64,000 nt of DNA from Podarcis muralis (lineage: Eukaryota). The notes beneath the pieces were generated by a model that worked only from the letters and a program-made list of their open reading frames with translations, did no database searches and was not told the DNA's origin. The stretch is from NCBI RefSeq assembly GCF_964188315.1, contig NC_135667.1, positions 8,370,001-8,434,000 of the forward strand, read 5' to 3'. Shown piece by piece: positions 51,426 to 64,000 of this stretch. The position numbers and the translations under genes were made by a program. Every line of letters begins with the position of its first letter. The first letter of the stretch is position 1.

Positions 51426-53376
51426 TGGGTGGTGATAATTTTATCTACAAATGAAAGCATATTTCAGGCTTAGATTCAGCTCACAAGTCACTTTTTTAGA
51501 TTTGCCGCAATTTGTAGATTGCAGCCAATCAATTCTAGCCAATTCCTCTTAAAAGAAACCAGGGCAGTGACCACACAAACTATAGAATGAGTGAAACATC
51601 TGAAAATACCTAAAAATATTTTTGATAAACTGGGTAATATCTCTGGTGAAGAGGTTTGTTGCAAGAGTATAAAAGATACACTTTCAGGATGTTGTTGCTA
51701 TGGTTGTTCCTGTTTATGCAAATGTTTGTTGAGTGCAAAATAGATGCTATCAGGTGTCCAATGAATGATCCATTTCCTATTCCACATGAGTGGTACCAAC
51801 CAGGGGGCTTCATCATTGGTGGGATTTCTTCTCACATCTTTCACATATTTTGTGAAGTTTTCTTCAGAGAACACCCATCACAGATTGTCTTCGACGTTTC
51901 ATAGTAAGAGTCTCCACTCTACCGTATGTCTATTTGTTGTCTCTTTTCTTTTGTGTCATATCCTTAGAATGGTTAGCCTGATGGTTGAGACAGTACGGTG
52001 ATATTCATAAGCTCCTGGGCTAGATTTTTTGTGTCTCTCTCTCTGTGTATTTGCTTCCTACCCCCATTATATTTTAACACAGTTCCTTTAAAATGTGTAT
52101 GTTAGGCAAAAGTTCATGCAGCGAATGTGATTTAGGCAGGTGCATTTATGTCAGGACTTATGTCTTTTTATATAAAGTTTTATGGGACAAGGTGAAGAAA
52201 TGAATTTTAGATTGGTAATGTAGGAAACAAAGGTGGATTGGTCAAAGTACCATGCAGAACACAGAAGCGCAGCTTAATCATCATTTTCATCCACTGTTTG
52301 TTGTCTCTTAGATTAGAACGATAAATTACAAATACCATTGTTTAATTTCAATCAAAATCAATTTGAATCAGAAATGGGGAAAACTGTGGCATGTTAATTT
52401 TATGCATTGTAGACATCTCCTCTGAAACTGTAAATTAATTAACTTCTTTGCAGTATGGTGACAAAATTCTACCAGCACATACTTGCCTTGACATTTGCTG
52501 TGAAAGAGATCAATGAGAACCCCACAATATTGCCTAATATCACTCTTGGGTTTCACATCTATGATAGCTATCATGATGCAAGGTTGACCTACCGTGCCAC
52601 ATTGGACCTGCTTTTCAAATCTCACAGATTTGTCCCGAATTATAAATGTGACCTCCAGAAGAACCTTTTGGCCATCATTGGGGGACTTAGCTCTGATACC
52701 TCCTTCCATATGAGAGACAGCATAGGCCTCTACAAGATTCCACAGGTAGGATCTCTGAATGGGATGGGTCTGGTGGGCAGATTTCCAGGATGAATAGACT
52801 TCTTATGGAGTCCTATTCATAAATAGATCTTCCTTAGGGACCAAAATCATTGCACTTTTCATAGAACTGATAAATATTTATTATTTATTTATTTTATTTT
52901 TTTAAAAAAACATTATTATTAAATATGAAACAGGAGGATGAAGATATAATTGTTAGCAAAGGCTAGTGCTAGCTACCTAACATTTCACCTGCCCAGAACT
53001 GAGGGAGCATAGCAATAAATAAATTTTCAACATCATTCAAATAAATTTTCAACATCATTCTCTGAAGGAACCAAAATGAAAGTCATTCACCAGTTGGTGA
53101 AAACGGGAGTATCGTTATTATTTCAAAATCCCACCCAGCAAGCAGCGTAATTTGAAAGAAGCTTTTTGAAGCAATCTTTTCATTTGTGATATTATTAACT
53201 TTCAGTAGCAGCAATATATGATTCTCAATTATCAAAGTCCCTTTACAGCATCTTGCTCTCTTCTGTACATAAAACTGTACTGGTTGACAGCTTGTTTCCT
53301 GCGGGAAGGGCCTTCTATGACATCCACTAAATTTTGGAATTATTTACAGTGTGATGTCTAGCACCTTCAGTGCATA

Positions 53377-53741
53377 AGGTAAAGGTAAAGGTACCCCTGC
53401 CCGTACGGGCTAGTCTTGCCAGACTCTAGGGTTGTGCGCTCATCTCACTCTAGAGGCCAGGAGCCAGCGCTGTCCGCAGACACTTCCGGGTCACGTGGCC
53501 AGCGTGACAAGCTGCAACTGGCGAGCCAGCGCAGCACACGGAACGCTGTTTACCTTCCTGCTGGTAAGCGGTCCCTATTTATCTACTTGCACCCGGGGGT
53601 GCTTTCGAACTGCTAGGTTGGCAGGCGCTGGGACCGAACGACGGGAGTGCACCCTGCCACGGGGATTCGAACCGCCGACCATGCGATTGGCAAGTCCTAA
53701 GCGCTGAAGTTTTACCCACAGCACCACCCACGTCCCAATAT
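53377..53741 (-). mobile_element. Sauria SINE, full length
   Basis: Reverse tail aggtaaaggtaaagg and reverse B-box gggattcgaacc. 16-bp TSD gcaccttcagtgcata at 53361-53376 and 53742-53757. Confidence 0.92.
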
Positions 53742-54016
53742 GCACCTTCAGTGCATAGTGAATACCAATTTGCCATGTGCTCTTTAAAGACGAATTCTTC
53801 ACTCCAGCCTTTCGCACTATATATACATATGGACCACCCTTATTCTATTGATTGTCATCCGTCTTTCCATTCATTTTATTTGCATGCTGCTTTTCCATAA
53901 ACAAAATCATGCTCAAAGCAGCTTATATCAAAGAGGGATACTGTACATTTCAAGCCAATATTACAAAGTTATTGCATATTAACACACCAAAGCAATAACA
54001 TCAGAAAATTATAGTA

Positions 54017-54284
54017 CAGTGGTACCTTGGTTTGCGAACTTAATCCATTCCGGAAGTCCGTTCTTAAATCAAAGTGTTCTTAAACCAAAGCATCCTTAAA
54101 CCAAGATGTGCTTTCCCATAGCAGCAGGGGATTCTATTTACAAGTGGAACACACTCGACAGGAAGCGGAACATGTTCTTATTCCAAGGTAAAGTTCACAA
54201 ACCAAAACACCTACTTCTGGGGTTGCAGCATTCTTAATCCAAGTTGTTCATAAACTAAGATGTTCTTAAACCAAGGTACCACTG
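54017..54284. mobile_element. Tc1/pogo (Tigger-like) MITE
   Basis: ta|cagtggtaccttggttt ... aaaccaaggtaccactg|ta. Confidence 0.88.
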
Positions 54285-56585
54285 TATAGCAAACAATAAC
54301 AATAGCATAGCATAGCAAAACAATACAAAGATAATACCATACCAAAAAAACCCCCCTCATTTGTATACTATAAATACAACAAGATTATTTAACAACATGC
54401 AACAGCTAATAAGAAAATGACAAGGGAACTTCACAATTTCCCCTTGGTTGCAGAAACACCCCCCAGATGATGTTTCTCAAAATCCCTCACCTGCAGCAGT
54501 TTCTTATTAGGCCTCCAAGGCCAAAGGGTGGGGTAGCGGAAAACATTTCCCCCATGATATCACATTGTTACTATTGCTGTGATTCCAAGATTCAGAAAGT
54601 GTCTATAGTTAATACTCAGTCCTTAAAAGCAAGACATAAATTTCCATAAAAGGCATAATATGATTCATGAATGATCTTTATGAATCTTGGACATATATTC
54701 ATAGCTGTAGAGAATTAACCGAAAGAGTCATTGTTCACAATGTACTTCTGTAATATCTGTACAATTTCTTGTAGCTCACATATGGTTCATTTCCCACTGA
54801 GGAGGACAGTGAGGAAAGTCATACTGAGAGCGCTGTGCAATGAACAAAAATGAAAAAGAATATTTCAAAATCATTCTCAGAGGTAAATAACACAGAAAAG
54901 TGACCAAGTTGGTAGAAAACAGTGTCTTTATTATTTCAAAATCCCTTTCTACAAGAACAATAATTTGAATGATGCTGTTTGTGATATTATTGCCTTCCAT
55001 TAGAAGCAAATATCTGTTTTTCAATGACCAAAGTCCTGCTACTCTTCCTCCTTCCCTCTTGACCCTGGCTATTTTGCCTTGTATTTTCCAACTCTACAAT
55101 TTTGTGATTTGGACTAATGGCCATTATTAATCCATTAAATAGAAACTTCGTCCCCAAGTGCCCCATGGTCAGATTATACAATTAGAATTCACATAAACTT
55201 TTTTTTTTAAGTTTGTTTGGTGGGTGATGCCTGAGAAAAGTCATTAACTGTGCCAGCCCATAAAAGGATAGAATTATCTACAGCATAATGTCTAGTGCCT
55301 TCATGTCATGTCATATTTACATTTTATCACCAACCTTACTCTCTTGATTGTCATTCATTCATTCATTTTATTTGTACGTTGTTTTTACACAGAGAGAGAG
55401 ATACATACAAAGCTCCGAGCGGAATGCCACAACGGAGCAGGGATGCATTTCAAATAAACACTACAAAAGCAGTTTTATAATGACATAACAAACCAATAAA
55501 ATGGTTGTATCACTATTATTGATGTGATTCTAAGCTTCAGAAAGTGTTTATAAGCAATCTAAGTAGGCATATTCCCAGAAAAGGTCTATTACAATTGATG
55601 AAAGATTTCTTTGAATCCTGAACATATCTCAAAATTAACTGAAGTCATTGCGCATAATGTGTTTCAGTAATATCGGTGCATTTTTTTGTAGCTCACTTAT
55701 GGCTCATTTCCCACCGAGGAGGAGACTGAGGAAAGTCATATCTCTTCCTTCTACCGCATGGTTCCAAATGAAGCCCATCAATACATGGGAATTATCAGCT
55801 TGCTTAAGCATTTTGGATGGACATGGGTTGGACACTTTGTTGTGGATGATGAAAGTGGAGAAAATTTCTTGGAGACGATGGAGCCACTGTTTTCCAAAAA
55901 TGGAATCTGTTCAGCCTTCATACAAAGATTCCCCAAACTAGCCCGTTTTGATAATATTGATGAAGTTTACGATGTCCTATTAAGTAGTTACAATGATGTC
56001 AAAGATGACAAAGCCCACACATTTATTATCTATGGAGAATCTATGGCACTCATATGGCTGACAGCTATTTTCTTTTTTCTACAAGATATTGAAAAAAATG
56101 ACATTGAATCAGTTACAAAAGTTTGGATCATAACAACTCAGATTGATTTCATGTTGACAGGGCTTCAAAGGAATTGGGATTTTCATCTCTTCCAAGGCGC
56201 CATTTGTTTCACAATTCACTCCAAAGAGCTTCTTGGGTTCCATGATTTTCTTCAGAGCATAAAACCTGATGGGATAAAAGAAAATGGTTTTCTGAAGGAC
56301 TTCTGGGAGCAAGCATTTGATTGTGATTTTCCAAACCGCAATGTGTCAATGGACGCAAGTGAGCAATGTACAAGAGAGGAGAGCCTGGAGAGTCTTCCTG
56401 ATCCACTCTTTGAAATGCGCATGACCGGCCACAGCTATAGCATCTACAATGCTGTCCATGTGGTGGCTCATGCTTTACATGACATTTCTTTAACAAGATC
56501 CAAACCCAGAGCAAGCATGGGTAATAACACATTTGAACTTCAAGATCTGCAGCCTTGGCAGGTAGTGTGCTGGAAATAAGTCCAT

Positions 56586-56589
<4 letters not shown>

Positions 56590-56628
<39 letters not shown>
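56590..56628. repeat. (TG)n microsatellite
   Basis: Read directly from the sequence. Confidence 0.95.
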
Positions 56629-56630
<2 letters not shown>

Positions 56631-58123
56631 TTGGGGGGGGGGGTAAAATAAAATAAAATGTGTTAACTGGTACTCCTCATTTTATTTTTATTTTTTTACA
56701 AAGCTTTACATCATGTATTGCACATTCTGGCCTGGAAAGACATTGTGCCGCCAATGTATAATGTAGGTTTTTATCTTCTATGTAAAATAGTTGATTTTTC
56801 ACTTTTGGTCTTTCTTAGATAATGCTAACAAACACTAATAGTGTTTTCATTCCCCCCACCCTTGTCTTTAATCTTTCAATCAGCTCCACCCTTTCCTTCA
56901 TGGCATTTCCTTTAACAATTCAGCTGGAGAAACACTGTCCTTTACTACTAAAAAGGAAATGGGAGGTGGATTTGACATCATGAACATGGTCATATTCCCA
57001 AACAAGTCCTTCCTTCGAGTGAAAGTTGGAGAGGTGGATGATACTGCTCCTGAAGGAAAGAAATTCATCATTCATGAGGACATGATAATGTGGCACAAAG
57101 GTTTTAACCAGGTCAGAATCCTGGGGTATTCCTGTAGACCCCATGTTCTCCCAAAGTGTCCTGACAGAACATCTATTTGTTCTGCATACTATGTCTCTTT
57201 GTATTGGATAGTCACAGGGACTATCTGATTATTTAGCACATGGAAATCCTAGGTGCAAAACTGAACTGCCAATAAACATCAGTATATTTTTTTGTAAATT
57301 TTACCTATGTCTTATTTGTATATGACAGGGATTTAAGGGATATTGATTAAATATGTTAGTGATCCAGCACTGGGTTATCTATCTTTCTATTGCACAAGAG
57401 CCAACCTTGGTGGAAAGAATAATACTTGCACTGAAACATCTTCCGCATCTCCAAGAAGGAATGGAAAAGATCAGCAACATCTAATGTTAGCAAGGGAGAT
57501 GGCTCAATGGTCAGATTATATATAGCGCTGCATGCAAAAGTTTTATTTATGAATTGTTGTTTCTTGGATTGTTGGCATCCCATGTTGGGAGACAATGGAG
57601 GGGTTAAGCTTTGAGGGTGAAGTCAAACTGAATAATGTCACTACTTCTCTCTCTGCTCTTCATAGCAGTCATTCATTCTCTGGTTACTGCTATATCTGCA
57701 TGCCCTGACTGCCCGTCATAGAATGAGTTTGCAATTAATTCAGTAGGATAACTTAGAAATAAAATCCAACCTGTAACCCCTTCCTGTTTATGGATAGGTG
57801 ATGCCCATTTCGGTGTGCACCGAACACTGTCTTCCTGGTCATCAGAAGAAAATGAAGGAAGGTGAAAAATTTTGCTGCTATGATTGTGCTCCATGTCCAG
57901 AAGGCAAGTTTTCAGACCAGAATGGTACATGAGAAAGAAATCATTTTTTATTTCATCACAAATTATTATTATGGATTTTGACAAAGAGCTCATTACAAAT
58001 GTTTATTTACCATGCTGTGCATGTAAGTAAGCTATTATGCTTGGTATGGTGTGCAAATATTTCTCTGCTGACATCCAGCACTTTCTCAAAAACACTCAGA
58101 GAAGCTAATTTCAGTTCTGCAAT

Positions 58124-58311
58124 CAGTGGTGGAGCTAGGGGCTTTGGGACCCGGAGTTTGGGGGAGTGGCACGTCGCCCATGTGGGTGTGGCACGTCGCC
58201 CACACGAGTGTCCCAATGGGGGCGGCCCCTGCGCATGAGCATCCCAAAGGTGTTCCTCAGGGATGGAACCTGGGGTGGGCTGCCCCCCCCCGCCCCCTTC
58301 CTATGCCACTG
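58124..58311. mobile_element. hAT-type MITE (second family)
   Basis: cagtggtggag ... ctatgccactg ends, with 8-bp TSD tctgcaat at 58116-58123 and 58312-58319. Confidence 0.85.
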
Positions 58312-58910
58312 TCTGCAATGCTTTCTCATAGACTCATAGAATCTTAAAGTTGGAAGGGACCCAAAAGATGGATGGATTTGGAAGTTGCCCCAACATAGTT
58401 TAAGATATCCAAAAGAGAAGAAATAGTTTAAGCATTACATCAGCGGACAAGTGATAACAATGGTAACAATGACAAATTTAATCTGTTCAGATGTGAGGTT
58501 TGAACCTGATTATATGCCACAGGTTCTGGGTCTGGCAGTTGTTTCACCCCAGTTCCCTCTGAAGCAGTTACCATATTAAGGGGGAGGGTTTGCCCCATTC
58601 CATATCAGGACAAATAGTACTTAACAGTCAAGGATAAATCTTTGCCATATATGCTGAGAAAATAAAATTAATTTACCTAACTGACCTTCATTGACCTTTA
58701 TGGATGAGAAGATATCTGAGGCTAAAGGAATAACAACGACAACAAAAGACACATTACAAGTTCACATTATAAATCTAAATTACTGATTGTGAATTTAGAA
58801 ACACTGGTGAAATCATAACTTCCTGGATCAGCAAGGGTAAGACTGGTCACTAAGCAATGAGCCTCCCAAAGACTGGACTGATTAGACGGCCAAAGGTAGG
58901 GATAGTTATA

Positions 58911-59152
58911 CAGTGGTACCTTGGGGTACATATGCTTCAGGTTACATACGCTTCAGGTTACAGACTCCGCTAACCCAGAAATATTACCTCGGGTTAAGAA
59001 CTTTGCTTCAGGATGACAACAGAAATTGTGCAGAGGCGGGGCAGCAGCAGGAGGAGGCCCCATTTGCAAAAGTGGTGCTTCAGGTTAAGGACAGTTTCAG
59101 GTTAAGAACAGACCTCCAGAACCAATTAAGTTCTTAACCCGAGGTACCAGAG
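58911..59152. mobile_element. Tc1/pogo (Tigger-like) MITE
   Basis: ta|cagtggtacct ... gaggtaccagag|ta. Related to 6921-7167 in opposite orientation. The empty site in V2R-E is at about 48519. Confidence 0.8.
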
Positions 59153-59479
59153 TACTACATTTCCCCTTGAAGAACACAGATCTATAGTATATAATTTCCA
59201 ATACCCTTAAATCCCAAATTATCAGAGGAACATCATATTATTGCAACTTAACTCATGGTAGTCCATCACAAATGAAAACCTACTACATAAAACAATCTTG
59301 GTATACTTTATTTTTAATGTTTGATGCATTGCATCTTTTTGGTATGTGACTGGTTCATATAAGGTGCATGATTTCAAAGATACAGGAGTACGTATCACCT
59401 ATTTTGATGCAGGAGTTGGGTTGATTGCTTGATTTTGTTGCAGGTGTGTACTGATTGAGTAACTAAGCTGTGAAGGGAG

Positions 59480-59850
59480 GCTTCATGCTGCCTATCAGAG
59501 CAGCCTCCTAACTCCTACTTGTGTGAAAGCAGGAGGGGGCAGGGATCTCTCAGTTAGGCAATGGGAAGCCTCCCTTTCCAGCTGAGGGATCCCCACCTAC
59601 CTCCTACTTGCAGGCAAGTAGGAGTGGGATTGAGGCCGCTCTCTGCCCTCCTTCTCTGCCTTCCATGCCTGACCCACCGCACACTGCTTCCTCACCAGCA
59701 CCACCACCGAAGAGCCAACAACTCAGGGGCTGCCCAGGCTCATGGAGAAAGGAGATAGAAGCCTCAGAGGAAGGGGAAACATGGCGGTTGGGCTCAAGGT
59801 GGTGGCCACCCCTCTGCCACGCCATCACTGCAGCATCAACGTCCTGAACA
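59480..59850. repeat. Unclassified palindrome-rich interspersed repeat, copy 1
   Basis: ctcctactt motifs and a hairpin ctcctacttgc-ag-gcaagtaggag (59601-59624). Homologous in reverse to 61575-61700. Confidence 0.5.
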
Positions 59851-61146
59851 TGTAGTATTTATTTATTTATTTATTTATTGTGTCCACGGATTCATTGAAA
59901 AAAATCGGGTAACCTTTCACCAGATGGAGTTGGTAGAATAAGAAGGAGCAGGTCAAAATTAGACAACTGATATACAGTAGACAAAGAAAGCACATTAATT
60001 GCCTTTGGAATTTGACCTCTTTTTCAAATATGCACGACTGCTTCATATGCCCAGAAGATCAATATCCAAACAGGAAGAGAAACCAATGCATCTCTAAAAC
60101 TATGAGCTTTCTTTCCTATGAAGAACCTTTCGGGATCAGCCTAACTTCTGTTGCTCTATCTTCTTCCCTTCTCACAACTTTGGTGTTAGGCACTTTTGTG
60201 AAGCACAAAGATACCCTCATTGTCAAAGCCAACAACCGAGCCCTCACCTACACTCTCCTGGTCTCTCTTCTGCTCTGCTTCCTATCTTCTTTGCTATTTA
60301 TTGGCAAACCTGGGAAAGTGACCTGTCTTCTCAGACAACCTGCTTTTGGCATGATCTTCTCTGTGGCTATTTCTTGCATGTTGGCCAAAACGATCACTGT
60401 AGTTGTAGCTTTCATGGCCACCAAGCCAGGCTCTAGCATGAGGAAGTGGGTAGGGCAAAGACTGGCCTACTCTGTTGTAGTTTCCTGTTCTTTTATTCAA
60501 TCTATTGTTTGTACTTTGTGGTTGATGACATCTCCCCCATTCCCAGATTTAGATATGCACTCTGTAACCACAGAAATCATTGTGCAATGTAATGAAGTGT
60601 CCGTAATCCTGTTTTATTGTGTCCTGGGCTACATGGGCCTCCTGGCGATTGCCAGTTTCATTGTGGCATTTCTGGCCCGCAGATTACCTGACAGTTTTAA
60701 TGAAGCCAAATTCATTACCTTCAGCATGTTGCTGTTTTGCAGTGTTTGGCTTTCTTTTGTTCCAACCTATCTGAGCACCAAAGGGAAATACATGGTAGTG
60801 GTGGAGATCATCTCCATCCTGGCCTCCAGTGCTGGGTTATTGGGCTGCATCTTCACTCCTAAATGCTACATCATTGTCTTGAGGCCTGAGTTGAACAACA
60901 GAGAGCAACTAATAAGAAGAAAGATTTAAAAAGAATCTTAGGGATTTTCCTTTATTGTCTTCTATATGTGAAGTGGAATTGTTTAATACCAAGGCTGTTT
61001 TACCTAACTCCTCTGCTAGAGATTCTGCTGTTATTCCAGTGCCAAACCAACAATCTCTATATGTCACCCTATTTTCCATGGACAGTCCCAGATTTACAGA
61101 AGATATCACAGTTTCCAATGTGATCCAAGGATATTCCAGTTTTCCT

Positions 61147-61500
61147 TAAAGGTACCCCTGCCCGTACAGGCCAGTCTTGACAGACTCTAGGGTTGTGCGC
61201 CCATCTCACTCTCGAGGCCGGGGGCCAGCGCTGTCCGGAGACACTTCCGGGTCACGTGGCCAGTGTGACATCGCTGCTCTGGCGAGCCAGAGCCGCACAC
61301 GGAAACGCCGTTTACCTTCCCGCTAGTAAGCGGTCCCTATTTATCTACTTGCACTTTGACGTGCTTTCGAACTGCTAGGTTGGCAGGCGCTGGGACCGAA
61401 CAACGGGAGCGCACCCCGCCGCGGGGATTCGAACCGCCGACCTTTCGATTGGCAAGCCCTTGGCGCTGAGGCTTTTACCCACAGCGCCACCCGCGTCCCT
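61147..61500 (-). mobile_element. Sauria SINE, full length, apparently young
   Basis: taaaggtacccctg ... cccacagcgccacccgcgtccc, with many CpGs retained and a reverse B-box gggattcgaacc. Confidence 0.92.
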
Positions 61501-61574
61501 TAGGATGTCCCTATTTTCATTGGGGGAGGGTATGGAACAAGATGTCCTTATTTTCATCACAGAAATGTTGGTAA

Positions 61575-62000
61575 TGTTGCTTGCAAGTAGGAGTGAGATT
61601 AGGCCACTCAGCTGGGGAGTGCAAAGACTCCACTCCCCAGCTGAGATAACCCCGCCTTCACTCCTGCTTACACACGAGTAGGAGCAGGATCGGGCAGCTC
61701 AACTGGGGAACACCTGACTGCCTTCAGGTGGTGCAGGGGCTCTCATGCAGAGGTGGGGGCTCCTTTAAACTTTTCCCTTGAGGGGAGTGCAGCCGCGAAC
61801 CCCTCAACAGAAAGTGTGATGGTGCCTGCACCTCCGCAGCTGAACAGCCCCATCCAGCTCCTGTCCCCATGCAAGCAGCAACAGGTTGGGGCTCTCTAAA
61901 CTGGGAAGCGGGAGCATCATGCTGCCTAGCGGAGCAGCCCAATCCTACTCCTACTTACAGGAGCGGGGGGCGGGGTGATGGCATCCCTTGCCTGCTCGCT
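61575..62000. repeat. Unclassified palindrome-rich interspersed repeat, copy 2
   Basis: Perfect 15-bp inverted repeat ctcagctggggagtg / cactccccagctgag. Outer inverted pair agtaggagcaggatcgggcagctc (about 61678) / gagcagcccaatcctactcctact (about 61932). Confidence 0.5.
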
Positions 62001-63305
62001 TGCCGCCCCGGCCCAGCTTTCCCTCACTCAGTGCCAAGGCCTCAGGGCTGTATTCAAAATTAAAACTGAAACTTTCCAGAAAACCACAAAGCCAATGCTT
62101 CAATGAAAAATAAAAGCCAGTAGGCCTTATCCAATAAGCCAGCAAGGGAAGAGCTGAATTGTCATGCAATCTGAGCATTTAAATGAAGAAATCGGGGGGG
62201 GGGGGGGGTTAAAATGATATTGTCTCTCCGCTCTTGCCCATTTATTATTGATGCTATACTCTTCAATGGCTGGTTAACCATTAAGTTGGTCACTCTTGGA
62301 GAGTGAGAGTATTTGATGGATTCCCCAAAGAAATGAGGAATTTTCTGGCTGACCTGCCTAGCACTCCTGTTGAGGTTCCTGCCTCATTGTGCAATGGTGG
62401 GGTTTATACAGACATTGAATCAATGGATTCTAAGTACCCTCAACATCAATGTGGAGCAGTATTATTCCTGAAACTAACAATAGCCTCAGCAGGCACAATT
62501 ATTTTGGGATTTGTTCTGGGTTGAGTAGTATCGGTGTCAACCAATGACAGGTATGCCTGATAACCTGCCCCTCACAGGGCAGATTGGGGTTGGTTTTGGC
62601 TGCAGTCAGTGCTACTAAATATCTTTCAGCACTGTAGAAGTTGTGCTGTGGGGTGCTGCAGAGGACCATGTTCCTAATGTCCTTAGTGCTAATTGTATGA
62701 TGTAGTCCTTGTGATTTGAGCATTAGGAAATTTGGGGCAAGGTGTCATCAGAAAACTGATTGTAGTCAGCTCTGTTTTGCTGTAACATCTAAATCATGAA
62801 ATTTAGAAATCCCTGCTTAGCAGTCACAAAGTAAATAGTTTCACCACGACTTTCCAGCTTGCTTGCTTTGAAAAATTCCACTTTTGGGGCCACTGAAAGG
62901 CAGGGGCAATTTGTAATCAGATTTGAATAAAGAAATCAAACCCAACATGTTTGTTTCTAAAAGTATGACTCTGAGGCAAAATACTCAGAATTATTATCTC
63001 TTCCAGCAATTATTGAAATAATTATATGTAGCTGACTTGGCAAAATCTTAAGAGACTTTCTGATTGCACCTGTAAAAAGTCAAGACTTTAATGAGTGTTT
63101 CCACTCTTATCCATACATCAAGGCATGCAATTATCAGGTTTGAATCTAATAAACTCGAATCTAAGAAACAGGTGAGCAAACACACAAACTAGAAAATGAT
63201 TGAAACATCTGAAAACATCTCAATATACTTTCAGTACAGCTATAGACTGGGAAACAGCTCTCCTTAAGAGATTTGTTGGAAGAGGATAAAAGCTACAAAG
63301 CTAGG

Positions 63306-63520
63306 ATGCTGTGGCTATTGCTGTTGCTGTCCCTGCAAATGCCTGTTGTATACAAAGCAGATAGTGTGCAGTGTCCAATGAAAAATCCTTTTCCTGTTCC
63401 TCATGAGTGGTACCAGCCAGGGGACTTCATCATTGGTGGGATTTCTTCGCAACTCTTTTATGTATTCTATGAAGTTTTCTTCAGAGAACACCCTTCACAG
63501 AATCTTTTTGATGTTTCATA
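63306..63520 (+). CDS. V2R-G: vomeronasal type-2 receptor exon 1 only (gene continues beyond the window)
   Basis: [62 protein letters not shown], 215 nt, with donor TA|GTAAG as in the paralogues. Confidence 0.88.
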
Positions 63521-64000
63521 GTAAGAGTTTTCAACCTACCGACAAGTCTCTTCAAGACTGAAAGCTTGATAGTTGATACTGTACATTGAAATTTATAAAC
63601 TCCTGAGCTAGATTTTGAATTGTACATTTCTGCTTCTTTTCTCTTTTTATTTTATCTTAATATATTTCATTTGGAATGGCATGGAAATAAAAGGGAATTT
63701 ATTTAAATACAGAGAACATAAAAAGTAAATGAATCAATAAAATACAATTAAAAATAATCATAACTATTTAATGCAAATATCCTGCAAACCACCTGACTGA
63801 ATTTGTGGAACACTAGAACTCTGGATTAAAATGATCCAGAAATTTATTTTTCCAGAAATGCATGTGTTGCAGTAGAGTATACATAAAACACATTCATTGA
63901 TCAAAATACCTCATGTCAGAACCTCATGCAAAAAACAAACAAACCCCACAAGAACCTAAAAAGAGGTGTTTACAGGAATTAGTATATTAGGAAAGTGTAC

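Larger units (their letters stand above)
51689..60929 (+). pseudogene. V2R-F: vomeronasal type-2 receptor with open frames but a mutated exon-6 splice acceptor (probable pseudogene or hypomorph)
   Basis: Exons 51689-51903, 52454-52745, 55692-56561, 56884-57111, 57798-57924 and 60028-60929. All frames are open, but the acceptor reads ttttcaa|atatg (AA at 60026-60027) where all five paralogues have ttttcag|atat. Confidence 0.75.

Overview
Vertebrate genomic DNA from a squamate reptile. Sauria-type SINEs, a Bov-B/RTE LINE and a V2R array point to a lizard, and the SINE subtype suggests a lacertid (inference). The window is a head-to-tail, all plus-strand tandem array of vomeronasal type-2 receptor (V2R, class C GPCR) genes with six coding exons (215, 292, 864-870, 228, 127 and 902 nt). 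Seven units are visible, labelled A-G. A (exons 5-6) and G (exon 1) are cut by the window edges. C, D and E look intact (875-877 aa). B is a pseudogene (2-nt frameshift in exon 4, CGA>TGA in exon 6). F has open reading frames throughout but a mutated exon-6 splice acceptor (AG>AA) and a duplicated, stop-containing decoy copy of the start of exon 3. The paralogues are mosaics: duplication units are offset from gene boundaries, and near-identical tracts alternate with a strongly diverged tract in the ligand-binding exon. Introns and spacers hold many transposon insertions with readable target-site duplications (hAT and Tc1/pogo MITEs, Sauria SINEs, Bov-B, L1, L2/CR1), and there are two assembly gaps. 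I found no evidence for a wholly new gene system; the notable points are receptor birth, death and shuffling and a few unclassified repeats. All paralogue comparisons were made by eye, with no computed alignment or database search.
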